From assembly GCA_038087875.1 (NCBI GenBank), contig CM076000.1, positions 2,356,001 through 2,420,000 on the forward strand: a stretch of 64,000 nucleotides of DNA, written 5' to 3'. How positions within the stretch are numbered: the stretch's first letter is position 1; each line of letters opens with the position of its first letter. This DNA comes from Malacoraja senta. Its lineage: Eukaryota. This document shows positions 11,186 to 23,384 of the stretch, one piece after another. Both the position numbers and the translations under genes were made by a program. The notes under the pieces are model-generated. The model was not told the origin of the DNA, did not search any database, and worked only from the letters and a program-made list of their open reading frames with translations.

Positions 11186-13480
11186 ATGAAGACAAAGGAA
11201 TTGTCCGTGGACCTTCGAGACAGGATTGTGTCGAGGCACAGATCTTGGGAAGGGTATAAAACAATTTCTGCAGCATTGCAAGTCCCAAAGAGCACAGCGT
11301 CCTCCGTCATTCTTAAATGGAAGAACTTTGGAACCACCAGGACTCTTCATAGAGCTGGCCGCCCGGCCAAACTGAGCAATCAAGGGAGAAGGGCCTTGGT
11401 CAGGGAGGTGACCAAGAACCCGATGGTCACTGACAGAGTTCCAGAGTTTCTCTGTGGAGATAGGAGACCCTTCCAGAAGGACAACTATATCTGCAGCACT
11501 TCACCAATCAGACCTTTATGGTATAGCGGCCAGACGGAAGCCACTCCTCAGTAAAAGGCACATGACAGCCTGCTTGGAGTTTGATTTGACGACTTGACTT
11601 GACTTGAAATGGATTGACTTGAAATGGATTGACTTGACTTGACTTGAAATGGATTGACATGACTTGAAATGGATTGGCTTGATTTGACTTGAAATGGATT
11701 GACTTGACTTGAAATGGATTGACTTCACTGGACTTGACTTGGATTGACTTGACTTGAAATGACTTGACTTGACTTGACTTGAAATGGGTTTACTTGACTT
11801 GAAATGGATTGACTTGACTTGAAATGGATTGACTTGACTTGAAATGGATTGACTTGACTTGACTTGAAATGGATTGACTTGACTTGACTTGAAATGGATT
11901 GACTTGAAATGGATTGACTTGACTTGAAATGGATCAACTTGAATTGACTTGAACTGGATTGACTTGAAATGGATTGACTTGACTTGACTTGAAATGGATT
12001 GACTTGACATGAAATAGATTGACGACTTGACTTGAAATGGATTGACTTGACTTGAAATGGATTGACTTGACTTGACTTGACTTGAAATGGATTGACTTGA
12101 TTTGACTTGAAATAGATTGTCTTGACTTGAAATGGATTGACTTGACTTGACTTTAAATAGATTGACTTGAATTGACTTGAAATGGATTGACTTGAAATGA
12201 ATTGACTTGACTTGAAATGCATTGACTTGACTTGAAATGGATTGACATGACTTGACTTGAAATGGATTGACTTGACTTGACTTGACTTGAAATGGATTGA
12301 CTTGAAATGGATTGACTTGACATGAAATGGATTGACTTGACTTGAAATAGATTGACTTGACTTAACTTGACTTGAAATGGATTGAAATGGATGGTTGGCC
12401 CTGCACTCACCTTGTTTGGCTTGGCTTGGCTTGACTTGAAATGGATTGACTTGAGTTGACTTGACTTGAAATGGATTGACTTGACTTGACATGGATTGAC
12501 TTGACTTGAAATGGATTGACTTGACTTGAAATGGATTGACTTGACTTGACTTGGAATGCATTGACTTGATGACTTAACTTGACTTGAAATGGATTGACTT
12601 GACATGACTTGACTTGAAATTGATTGACTTGACTTGACATGGATTGACTTGATTTGAAATGGATTGACTTGACTTGACTTGAAATGGATTGACTTGACTT
12701 GACTTGAAATGGATTGACTTGACTTGAAATGGATTGACTTGACTTGACTTGAAATGGATCGACTTGACTTGAAATGGATTGACTTGACTTGAAATGTATT
12801 GAAATGGATTGTTGGCCCTACACTCACGGTGAGTCCTGGCTCTGTATAGTGGCCAGACGAAAGCCACTCCTCAGTAAAAGGCACATGACAGCCCGCTTGG
12901 AGTTTGCCAAAAGGCAACTGAACAAGATTCTCTGGTCTGATGAAACCAAGATTGAAAGCTTTGGCCTGAATGCCAAGCGCCAGAGGAAACCAGGCACTGC
13001 TCATCACATACCTACGGTGAAGCATGGTGGTGGCAGCATCATGTTGTGAGGATGTTTTTCAGCGGCAGGAACTGGGAGATTAGTGAGGATCGAGGGAAAG
13101 ATGAACAGAGCAAAGTACAGAGAGATCCTAGATGAAAACCTGCTCCAGAGCATTCAGGACCTCAGACTGGGTCGGAGGTTCACAATCCAACAGGACAACG
13201 AACCTAAGCCAAGACAGCACAGGAATGGTTTCGTGAGAAGTCTGTGGATATCCTTGAATGGCCCAGCCAGAGCCCGGACTTGAACCTGATCGAACATCTC
13301 TGGAGGGACCTGAAAATAGCTGTGCATCGATGCTCCCCATCCAACCTGACAGAGCTTGACAGGATCTGCAGAGAAGAATGGGAGAAATTACCCAAATACA
13401 GGTGTGCCAAGCTTGTAGCATCATACCCAAGGAGACTTGAGGCTGTAATCGCTGCCAAAGGTGTCTCAACAAAGAACTGA
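11186..13480 (+). pseudogene. Tc1 transposase (DD34E type), disrupted
   Basis: [73 protein letters not shown]; frameshifts, a stop and a 1.26-kb insertion. Confidence 0.92.
11584..12843. repeat. TTGAC/TTGAAATGGA satellite inserted into the Tc1 element
   Basis: Flanked by a 63-bp duplication of Tc1 sequence (11521-11583 and 12844-12906). Confidence 0.95.
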
Positions 13481-13944
13481 GTAAAGGGTCTGATTCCTAC
13501 TGTAAATGTGATATTTCAGTTATTTATTTTTAATTACTTTGCAAACATTTCTAAACACCTGTTTGTGTTTTTTTATTATGGGGTATTGTGTGTAGATTGA
13601 TGATAAAAAAAAATGAATTTAATCCAATTTAGAATAAGGCTGTAATGAAACAAAATGTGGAAAAGTGAAGGGGTCTGTATACTTTCTGAATGCACTGTAA
13701 GTGATCTTTGGATAGCATGCAAAACAAAGCTTTTCACTGTACCTTGTTACATGTGACAATAATCAATCTAAACCTAAACCTAAATCTTGCAAGTACCTTA
13801 TGAGCACTTCCTTATTCCCGTACTGGCCTCTGATCCTCGAGAGCATTTTCATGGCTTCTCACTAAACTTCCTTTCACACTTCTTCCAAAAACTTTTTTCT
13901 TTCTCCCCAACAGTTCCATTGCACAATAAAAGTTTTATATATTG

Positions 13945-14225
13945 AGGTCATAAGTGATAGGAGTAGAATTGGGCCATTCGACCCATCAAGTCCACTCCGC
14001 CATTCAATCATTGGTGATCTATCTCTCCCTCCTAACCCCATTCTCCTGCCTTCTCCACATAACCTCTGCCACCTGTGCAAATCAAGATTCTATCAATCTC
14101 TGCCTTAAAAATATCCACTGACGGCCTCACCAGCCTTCTGTGGCAAAGAATTCCACAGATTCACCACCCTCTGACTAAAGAAATGTCTCCTCATCTCCTT
14201 CCTAAAAGAACATCCTTTAATTCTG
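13945..14225 (-). mobile_element. CR1/HER1 LINE 3' end
   Basis: gaattccacagattcaccaccctctgactaaagaa and the 3' UTR stem in reverse orientation. Confidence 0.8.
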
Positions 14226-14264
14226 ATTGATTACAGGAACCGAGCTGTGAAAGTGAGCAGGCTT

Positions 14265-14712
14265 AGAGTGGAGAGGTGACAGAAGTCAGGATCAGTAGGA
14301 AAGGAACAGGGTCGGAGTGGAGAGGTAACTGGGGTCAAGGTCAGTAGTACGGGAGCAGGGTCAGAGTGGAAAGGTGACAGGGGTCAGAGACACTAAAGTA
14401 GAAGCAGGGTCAGGATCAATAGTACAGAACAGGACAGAGTGGAGAGGTGCGGCAGTCAGGGTGAGGTGACAGGGGTCAGGGTCAGTAGTGTAGTTGCAGG
14501 GTCAGAGTGGAGAGGTGACAGGGTGAAGGACAGGGTGAGGTGACAGGGGTCAAGGTCCGGATGAGGTGACAGGGGTCAAGGTCAGGATGAGGTGACAGGG
14601 GTCAAGGTCAGGATGAGGTGACAGGGGTCAAGGTCAGGATGAGGTGACTAGGGTCAAGGTCAGGGTGAGTTAACGGGTCAGCAGGGTGGCAGGGGTCAAG
14701 GTCAGGGTGAGA
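14265..14712 (+). repeat. G-rich minisatellite with a 26-bp unit (gacaggggtcaaggtcaggatgaggt)
   Basis: Near-perfect copies at ~14542-14670; degenerate copies upstream. Confidence 0.9.
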
Positions 14713-15309
14713 TAGTACAGCAAAAATAAACGCTGAGGCGCAAAAGAATTAAAGCCTACAAGCTGTTTATTTGAAGTTGTTTGGACCAGGAGAACTGAAA
14801 GGAAGGCAGTGAGGCGAGTGGGGAAATGTTGGGCTGCAATTGTCTTTCACGTGATTGTCCATCAGTGCATGGTCCCTGTCACGCTGCATGCCCACCTTGC
14901 TGCATGACCATTTACCTTTCTCATCCCTAAACCTCACTCTTGCCAGCTCCAGCGTCCAATTCTTGGTGTGTACCCACACCCCATGATGATAGATCAATGT
15001 TATAAACGGCATCAGCTGCTGAACACTGATGTCTTGTCCTGCTCTGTGCATTCCTACCGTGTATAATTACAAAGCGTTGAAGCAGTCTCCTGCAGTGTGA
15101 TTACATCTCATTGTTACAGACCCTGCAGTAAATGTACACTCCTGATCACAGGGAATGCTGCCAGTTTATGGAACAGACGGTGAGGCCAATTCTGGACAGA
15201 TACTGTATCTGCAGCAACAACACAACCAATTATGTTTATGTGGTGCCTGTAATGCAGTAAAAATACCTGATGTCTACATGAGAAAGAATCTCAGCAAAGA
15301 CAGCAAAGG

Positions 15310-15680
15310 AGAGATTAGATAGGCTAGGGTGTGTTTCCCTGGGGTGTAGAAGTCTGAGGAATGCCTTTATAGACAGATATAAAATCACGTGGAACTTAGG
15401 ATGGTCAGGTCCTTTACCCTGTGAGAGCGAAAAGATTTAAAAGGAACCTGAGGGGCAGCATTTTCATACAGAGGGTTGTGGGTATATGGGACGTGCTGTT
15501 AAAGGAGGTTGTAGAGGTGGGTGCAATTGCAATGTTTTAAAAGACATTTGAGCGGGTACATAGATAGGAATGGTTCAGAGCGATATGGGCCTTTTACAGG
15601 CAAATGGGATTGACTCAGGTAGGTAACTTGGTTGGCATGGATAAGTTAGGCCGAAGGGCCTGTTTCTGTACTGTACGATT
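15310..15680 (+). mobile_element. Old CR1/HER1 LINE 3' end
   Basis: aggaacctgaggggcagcattttcatacagagggttgtg...ggccgaagggcctgtttc. Confidence 0.75.
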
Positions 15681-16005
15681 CCATACATTGTCAAACAAGG
15701 CCATGTCACTGACTGCTGGGAGAGAGGAGAGGCAGGACAAAGCATGGCAGGTGAAAGTGGACACAGGCGAGAGTAGTTCTTGATAGGCAGATGTTTGGAA
15801 CAAAGGCCAGAGATGAGACTAAAAGGTGTGTGACAGGCAGATTGAAGAGTTGCAAACGTTTCAAAGAGTTGTGAAGCCAGAAGAAGGAAATTAAGGAGAT
15901 GGGGAATGGGAGGAGTTGGTTCTCCTCTCAGAGTTTCAGGCCAGGATTCACATCTGGACCCTCAATGGTATGAATGAATTTAGAAAATAAATAATTAGTA
16001 CATAC

Positions 16006-16295
16006 AGCACAGTGGCACAGCGGTCGTGTTACTGCCTTACAGTGCCAGAGACCCAGGTTCAATCCTGACTACTGGTGCTGTGTATGCAGAGTTTGTACGT
16101 TCTCACTTTGACTGTATGAGTTTCCTCCGGATGCTCTGGTTTCCTCCCACACTCCAAAGGCGTACAGGTTTGGAGGTTAATTGGCTAGTTTGTAAGATAG
16201 TGCTAGTGCACGGGGATCGCTGGTCAGTATGGATTTGGTGGGCCGAAGGGCCTGTTTCCACGCTGTATCTCTCTACTAAACTAAACTAAGCTAAA
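16006..16295 (+). mobile_element. HE1-type SINE
   Basis: tRNA-like head with A and B boxes, conserved core, LINE-derived tail gggccgaagggcctgtttcc and (ctaaa)n. Confidence 0.88.
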
Positions 16296-17386
16296 GTCCG
16301 ACTACTGTGACTGACTATTTCTTCCAGAGTCTATGGTGCAAGCTTTGGCTGGGTGAGTGGTGCAGCTCTTTGAAGGAGCACAGTTCTAGACCATTGCCAG
16401 AACAACAACCAGTCCCCCAGTGCCGCCATTGTAATAATTGTTTTCATAAGTAGACACTTTATTTCAACAGCTGAAGAAAAAAAATCAACATATATTTATA
16501 CTCAAATTCTTAATGCATGCAGCCAGAAATCATCAGCAATAAACATGCTTATTACTTGACATTTTTGCGTTCCAGATACAGCAGATTCTGCCAGTGGAGG
16601 TATAATTACCAAACTCCATATGAACTAATCTTATTTAATAACAAACAGAGATGTGATACAACATCTGGTTCATAAACTGGTGCCCCGTTAATCTTGTTTG
16701 TCTGATATTGAACCTTTTAGTCCTTAACTATGATATAGTGGCTGTTTTCCCTATATATCATCAGCTTTTTTCATAGGGAGGACACAGGGAGGAATTTATG
16801 CAATGCACAAATGTTATTGTACATATAATTTGAATTATTTCTTCAATTATAGATGGTATGCAGCACTTCAACCAAAATTAAACACACTTTGCATGGTGAA
16901 GGATAAATTTATTCCTGCCAACTAAATGAATAAAGGTTTATGGTCAGAACCCATTCAAGTACATGGTTTAATGTTAACATTGGCTCGTTCCTTTGTGATC
17001 TTTAATCCCATTTAGTGCACTGAAAATAGCTCAGCACAGAAGTGCTGAAATCAGTTTTTCTCTAAGCACAACCTACATAGCAACAATGATTTATTATAGA
17101 GCACAAAGTAATCCATTAGCGGCGAGGCATATAGAAGCAAATATTGTTAATCTTTTAGCGCTTCCTGTCAGTGGAACTGAGGATCCCTGTCACACTATAC
17201 ATCCACGACAGGAGACAATTTAGTATTGCGAATGACACAAAACTGTATATAGAGACGCAAACTTCTCACATAAAATAAATGGAACCAACATATTGCTGAA
17301 TGGAGAATCTCACAATCTAGCAGCTTTACCACAGTTGTATTGTAACTGCAATTGGTGCAAAGTTTAAATCCAATGGTCACCTTCAT

Positions 17387-17748
17387 AGTTTAGTTTAATT
17401 TAGTTTAGTTTAGTAGTTTAGTTTAGTTCAGTTTAATTTAATTTAGTTTAGTTTAGAGATACAGAGTGGAAACAGGCCCTTTGACCCACCGAGTCTACGC
17501 CGACCAGCAATCCCCGTACACTAACACCATCCTACCCATTAGGGACAATTTACAAATTTTCACTGAGCCAATTAACCAATAATCCCGCAAGTCTTTGGAG
17601 TGTGGCAGGAAACGGAGCACCCAGGGAAAAACGATGCGGTCACGTGGAGAACGTAAAACTCCGTACATAAGGCACCCGTAGTCAGGATGGAACCTGGGTA
17701 TCTGGTGCTGTAACGCAGCAACTCTACTGGTGCACCACCATGCTGCCC
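17387..17748 (-). mobile_element. HE1-type SINE with an expanded (CTAAA)n tail
   Basis: Reverse complement of the SINE consensus; (tttag)n at 17387-17455. Confidence 0.88.
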
Positions 17749-18769
17749 AAGGTCATATTGTCAGATTAAATTTTTTAGATTTTGGCTCAAAACCAACCAG
17801 TTTTTCAGTCTTGGTTAACATTAACATTGAACTGACATTTAACATCCAGTGAGCTAAGCAGGTATATATATGTGTTTGACCTAATTGAAAGATGCAGCAT
17901 GGAAACAGGCCCTTCAGTCAACCAAATGCATGTTGATAATCGGTCATCCATTCCAAAGAATATTAAGTGCTGGAGTAACTCAGCAGGTCAGGCAACATCT
18001 CTGGAGGACATGGATAGGTGATGTTTTGGGATGGGATCCTTTACCCATTCACAGTACTTCTGTGTTATCCCACTTTCCCATCCACACCCTACACACTAGG
18101 GGCAATTTACAGAGGCAAATTGACCAACAAACCTGCACATCTTTGGGATGTGGGAAGAAACCAGAGAACCTGGGCAAAACCAGACATGGTAAAACCTCGA
18201 GTTGAGCCCATCAGTATAGCTTGGATACACAAGAAAATGCAGATGCTGAAATCTTGAGCAAAAGACAATGTGCTGGAGGAACTCAGTGAGTCAGGCATCA
18301 TGAGGAGAGGGAATGGACAGTTCCTGAAGAATGGTCATAGTCCAAAATGTCATTTGTCTACTTCCTCCACAGATGCTGCCTTACTCACGGAGTTCTTCCA
18401 GTCCTTTGTGCTTTACTTTAGTATAACTTGGATCAGCTGATTGGGCTTGTGCTTGGCTTAATTGTATTCATGTACGGTATTACAGGCCTACCACCTATTT
18501 TCTGACAACTGGTTTTAACTATCTTTGGTATAAATCAGCACCTGCAATTTCTTTTTATTGCAGTTTTCAAATGTTATTGTGTGCTTTGACTTCAGTACCT
18601 TTGGATCTAGACTCAGATGTGATTGAACAAAGATTTCATTGACAAAATTTAAACAAAATCCTAGTTTCTACAATTCCCGTGTTATTTTTGTCAACAGAGT
18701 GGTTCTTGTTTTTCAGTTGTAAGATCGTGCTGGCTTTGTTTCTGATGAGATGACACTTCATCTGTATCC

Positions 18770-19406
18770 CGGGGAGCTGTGCGCATGGCGGGGGTGTCCT
18801 GGGGAGCCACGTGGGCCTGATCCACCCGCTGAAGAATCGCGGCGCCGACGACCGGAACGGGCCTCCCAGGGGACTGCGGAGATGCCGGGCAGTGAGGCAT
18901 GCCTGGGTCGAAGGAGCCTCAGCGGCGGCGGCGATGGGGCCTCGGCAGTGGCAGCGGGAGACTCGGCGGCAGCTTGAGCCTCGACAGCAACGGGAGCCTT
19001 GACGGTGGTGGGGCCTTGGCGGCAACGGGAACCTCGGCGGCAGCAGGAGCCCCAGTGGTAATGGGAACCTCAATGGCGGTGGAATGTGAGGGGGAGGGCG
19101 GGGAAGACAATGGCGGATCCGGTGTGGGGGGACCACTGTGAGGGATGGTGGGAGAACAAAGAGGGACCTGGTGTGGGGGAGGGGGTGGGGTCACTCTAGT
19201 TTAGAATCCTCTGCCCAGGGGATAAGTCTGTGTTTTTTGTTTGTTTGATTGTTTGCTCATTTGTTCAGGTGAACGTGCTGTGCACACGGCAGCCAGCCAA
19301 CAGTCACTTGTCCTTTTCTTTCTTTTTCCACTTTTAATTTCAAGTTTTTATGTACCTTGTTGTGTGTTGTGACTGTCGGCAGAATAAAGTTTTATCGTAT
19401 CGTATC
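18770..19406 (+). mobile_element. GC-rich non-autonomous retro-like element
   Basis: GC-rich body with short degenerate repeats, ending aataaagttttatcgtatcgtatc (a microsatellite tail typical of non-LTR elements). Confidence 0.55.
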
Positions 19407-20164
19407 AATATACATATCGCTTGACTAAAAGTCAGGCCTTTGGCAAAATATAGTTTAAATGGGGAGAGAAAACAGAATGCTAGACTGCCACACAGTGCAT
19501 AGTGATCCTGGAATCCGCATGAAACACAGAAAGTTAGTGGGTGATTCTTCAGTAAGTGTTTACTTTGAAGTTTCTGGAAACCCGATTATAAAAATTTAAA
19601 TCTTTGCAACTTTGAATGTTGTTTCAAATAGATGAACATCTCTACTATGGGAAAATATGTTTGGCGCAATCTTTTAGAGAATTTAATTCATTTTTTCCTC
19701 TACTTTTTCCAGGTTCCCCTTTGCATTCAGTCATATCCGTCGCATTTTTATGATGAACAACACTAAAATATAACTGATTTAAGAATATAAAATCAAATTT
19801 TTGTCACACTTTCAAATTATAGAGTATCTTCCTCAAAATAAACCACCAAAAAAAAACTTTTTCAGTCTAACGCATTGATTTTAAACCTTCGTAACAGTTC
19901 ACTGCCGAAAAAAGTGGTGATTTTCAGCAAGAATTGTGACCGTCACATAGTTTTTCACCAACTTCCTCTAAAACAATATTAACTTCAGGTGAATAGGCAG
20001 AAGCATACTGTTCATTTATCAATTACAATTCATAATTATTGTATTATTTTACACATTATGAGCATAAATTACTCATGTGACGGACATGACTCCGTGTGGA
20101 GATGATCAAGTTCGGGAGAGTATGTGATGGAGATGACTAAAGGATGATTCTTCAGTAACTGTCG

Positions 20165-20376
20165 ACTATATTGCTAATAAACATAATCCTCGTCAATAAA
20201 GATTAAACCCTAAATGAATAAAGTGGTGGGTTTTTTCGATGTTCGATGCCCTCCGCCCCCCCCCCCCCCCCCCCCACCCCACCCGTGGCATCGAACATCA
20301 GGGAAAAAATATAATAACACTTTATTCATTTAGGGTTTAATCTTTATTTATGAGGATTATGTTTATTAACAATATA
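20165..20376. repeat. Imperfect inverted repeat with a poly-C loop
   Basis: 20165-20226 pairs with 20317-20376; inner gatgttcgatgcc pairs with ggcatcgaacatc. Confidence 0.85.
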
Positions 20377-20413
20377 GAAAAAGAAGAAATAGGATAGAAT
20401 TACTGATCTTCCT

Positions 20414-20613
20414 NNNNNNNNNNNNNNNNNNNNNNNNNNNNNNNNNNNNNNNNNNNNNNNNNNNNNNNNNNNNNNNNNNNNNNNNNNNNNNNNNNNNNNN
20501 NNNNNNNNNNNNNNNNNNNNNNNNNNNNNNNNNNNNNNNNNNNNNNNNNNNNNNNNNNNNNNNNNNNNNNNNNNNNNNNNNNNNNNNNNNNNNNNNNNNN
20601 NNNNNNNNNNNNN
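20414..20613. other. Assembly gap (200 N)
   Basis: Run of N. Confidence 1.
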
Positions 20614-22660
20614 AAAACAAAGCATGTTACAATCATTATTACTGTGACAGGCAGAAATATGCTGGCTGTTAAATTAAGCTGAGCCTCACCATGTGGCTGA
20701 CTATTGACACTACATTGAGATTGCAGAGACTTTGCTATTGATTGGCATCACACCAGCTCATTTCTCAAAGCTTTCACTTGGAGTCATACATCACCTCAGC
20801 ATGGCTGGTGAGTGCCAGATGTTGGCTGGAATCAGCCAGCAATGTAGAATCAATCTAAGAGTGAACCTAATACTCCAACGGATGAAAGACCTTTGTTCCG
20901 TTTTATTTAACAAAAAAGACAATCTAATTGTTCTTTGTTGAAGGGTAATTTCGCTTGCAATTGCATGGTTCAATGGACTTTTGTAACTCTGTTTGCGCCA
21001 GATACGTGCGACTCTTGTGTACTGCCTAGGTAAGGTCTGCTGTTTGATTTTACCGGTTTGTATGCAAACAAAGCATTTCACTGTACCTAGGTACATGTGA
21101 CAATAAAGTATCATCAATAAAACATCATGGTTGGCAGATACCAATGTTACAAAATACAATACGATTGAGCTGTTGCCTTGCAGCACCAGAGATCTGGGTT
21201 TCAATCCTGAATCAGGTGCTGTCTGTACAGAGTTTGTAAGTTCTCCCCATGACCACGTAAGTTTCCTCTGGATGCTAGTTTTCTCGCCACATCCCAAAGA
21301 TGTGCTGGTTTGTAGGTTAATTGGTTTTTGTAATTGTCACTAGTGTCTAGGACAGAACTAGTGTTATGGGTGATGGCTGTCGGCATGGACACAGTAGGTC
21401 AAAAGGTATTTTTCCACGCTGTATCACTAAACTAAACTAAACACACCTCTATCTGAGAATCCTGCCTTCCCAATCACCATTTGCCATATATCCTACCCTT
21501 AATTCTGTGCTGTCTATGTGCCATTCCAGTGACCTCATATAACTAGTCTGATGTTCAACAAAATACAAAAGAAATCCTACACTATCTAATCTTTAATCTC
21601 CAAGTGGAAGGTAAATGAGACATTATTCTCTCTCAAGTCTATGTAATCAAATAAGGATAAGTGATTTTTCCTAGATTACTAGTTTCACTCTGGCACCACT
21701 ACCAATTATAAATTATTTAGCTGGTATTATCTTTGTTTTGAGCAAACTTGCTGGAATAATTGAACGCATTATTTCAGTGCCTACATTGCAAAAGGTACTT
21801 CATTAAACTGCAAGCTACTTTGGCATATCCTTATCGCAAGAAATCTGCTGTGGAATTGTAAGCCAGAGAAAGATACAGAGACACTGAGCAGCACAGAAAC
21901 AGGCCCTTGGGTCCAGCATCCATGCCAACCATGATGCCCCATCTATGCTATACCCATTTACCTGCGATTGGTGCATATCCCTCTAAACCTTTCCTATCCA
22001 TGTAACAGGCAAAGTGTATTTTAAATTATATTATAGTACCTGCCTCTTCTGGCAGCCTGTTCCATATAGTAACCTTCAAGTCATTTAAGCATGTTGAGGA
22101 TGGAGAAAATGGTAATGACGGACATTATTTCATCAATCTGAATAAGGGCCGGACTTGAAATGTCATCTGTCCATTCCTTCACAGATGTTGCCTGACTCAT
22201 TGAGTTCATCCAGTACTTTGTGTTTTGCTCATCATTTCATCAGTATTCTGTTACTTGCCTGTTTCCACACCTATTCCCTCCCTAAACTGATTTTCTGCCC
22301 ACTTTCCAATAAATGGAAACCTGAAACATCCAGGTTCCTCCCCATGCTCCAGCAGCCATTGTACCAAACCAATGCTTTCTACAGCTAGGGATGTGCAGGC
22401 TTGCTAAGACCTTGAGCAATGAGTCATGGTCAAACGCTGACTCACACCGTTTCATTATGGTCTGAAGAGGGGTCCCAATCCAAACAGAAACGTTACCTAT
22501 TCATGTCCTCCAGAGATGCTGCCTGACCCACTGAGTTACTCCACCACTTTCTGTTCTACGTAAGATACCAGCATCTGCAGTTCCTTGTGTCTACATCAGG
22601 CAACTGGACCATCCTACCAACTAGAGAGCAATCTACTAGCTACCGCATCGGGCTATCTTT

Positions 22661-23196
22661 AAGAAAGAACTGCAGATGCTGGAAAAATCAAAGGTAGACA
22701 AAAATGCTGGAGAAACTCAGCGGGTGAGGCTGCATCCATGGAGCGAAGGAATAGGCAAAGGAGGGGCAAAGCAAGGACTACCTAAAATTGTAGCAGTCAA
22801 TTTTCATACCGCTGGGGTGTAAACTACCCAAGCAAAATATGAGGTGCTGCTCCTCCAATTTGTGGTGGGACTCACTCTGGCCATGGAGGAGGCCCAGGAC
22901 AGAAAGGTCGGATACGGAATGGGAGGGGGAGTTAAAGTGCTGAGCCGCTGGGAGATCAGGTTGGTACAAACATTGACCTCCAATTTCAGGTAGTCCTTCC
23001 TTTCTGCCTCCTTCCCCTCCCCTTTCCAGCTCTTCCACACCCCACTGTCTCCGCCTCTTCCTTTCTTCTTCCCGCCCACCCCCCCCCCACCCCCACATCA
23101 GTCTGAAGAAGGGTCTCGACCCGAAACATCGCCTATTCCTTCGCTCCATAGATGCTGCCTCACCCGCTGAGTTTCTCCAGCATTTTTGTCTACCTA
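22661..23196. mobile_element. Penelope-like element, truncated, with an inverted pLTR and an 11-bp target-site duplication
   Basis: Minus-strand GIY-YIG C-terminus AQHFNSPSHSVSDLSVLGLLH...KLEEQHLIFCLGSLHPSGMKID; 22693-22757 is the reverse complement of 23131-23195; gggctatcttt flanks both sides (22650-22660 and 23197-23207). Confidence 0.88.
23099..23133 (+). ncRNA. Minimal hammerhead ribozyme motif (Penelope-associated)
   Basis: CTGAAGA (23103-09), A, stem II GGGT-ctcg-ACCC, GAAA (23123-26), C, ATC. This matches the CUGANGA...GAAA...NUH core with a vestigial helix III. Confidence 0.7.
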
Positions 23197-23384
23197 GGGC
23201 TATCTTTGATCGGACAACCCGCTGTAGACGGATTAATTGTAATCATGTATTGTCTTTCTGCTAACTGGATAGCACACAATAAAAGCTTTCCACTGTACCT
23301 CGGTACAGGTGACAATAAACTAAACTCAAATTCAACTCAAACTCAAACTTAAACATGTTCATTGGTTGCCCAAGAGTGTGCAGA

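Larger units (their letters stand above)
10966..13697 (+). mobile_element. Tc1-like (IR/DR type) DNA transposon, left outer TIR lost, interrupted by a satellite
   Basis: Left inner repeat aagtattcagaccc (~10987); right end ggggtctgtatactttctgaatgcactg|TA (TA at 13698-13699); transposase remnants in between. Confidence 0.93.

Noticed and set aside
12834..12843. tcctggctct matching the hAT TIR at 42283
   Set aside because: Only about 10 bp, with no partner TIR or 8-bp TSD; probably coincidence.
20344..20636. ORFs containing X residues
   Set aside because: Artefacts of the 200-N gap.
16578..21029. Candidate plus-strand micro-exons at ~16578-16600 and ~21002-21029 (AG...GT)
   Set aside because: Too short to separate from chance without RNA-seq or conservation data.
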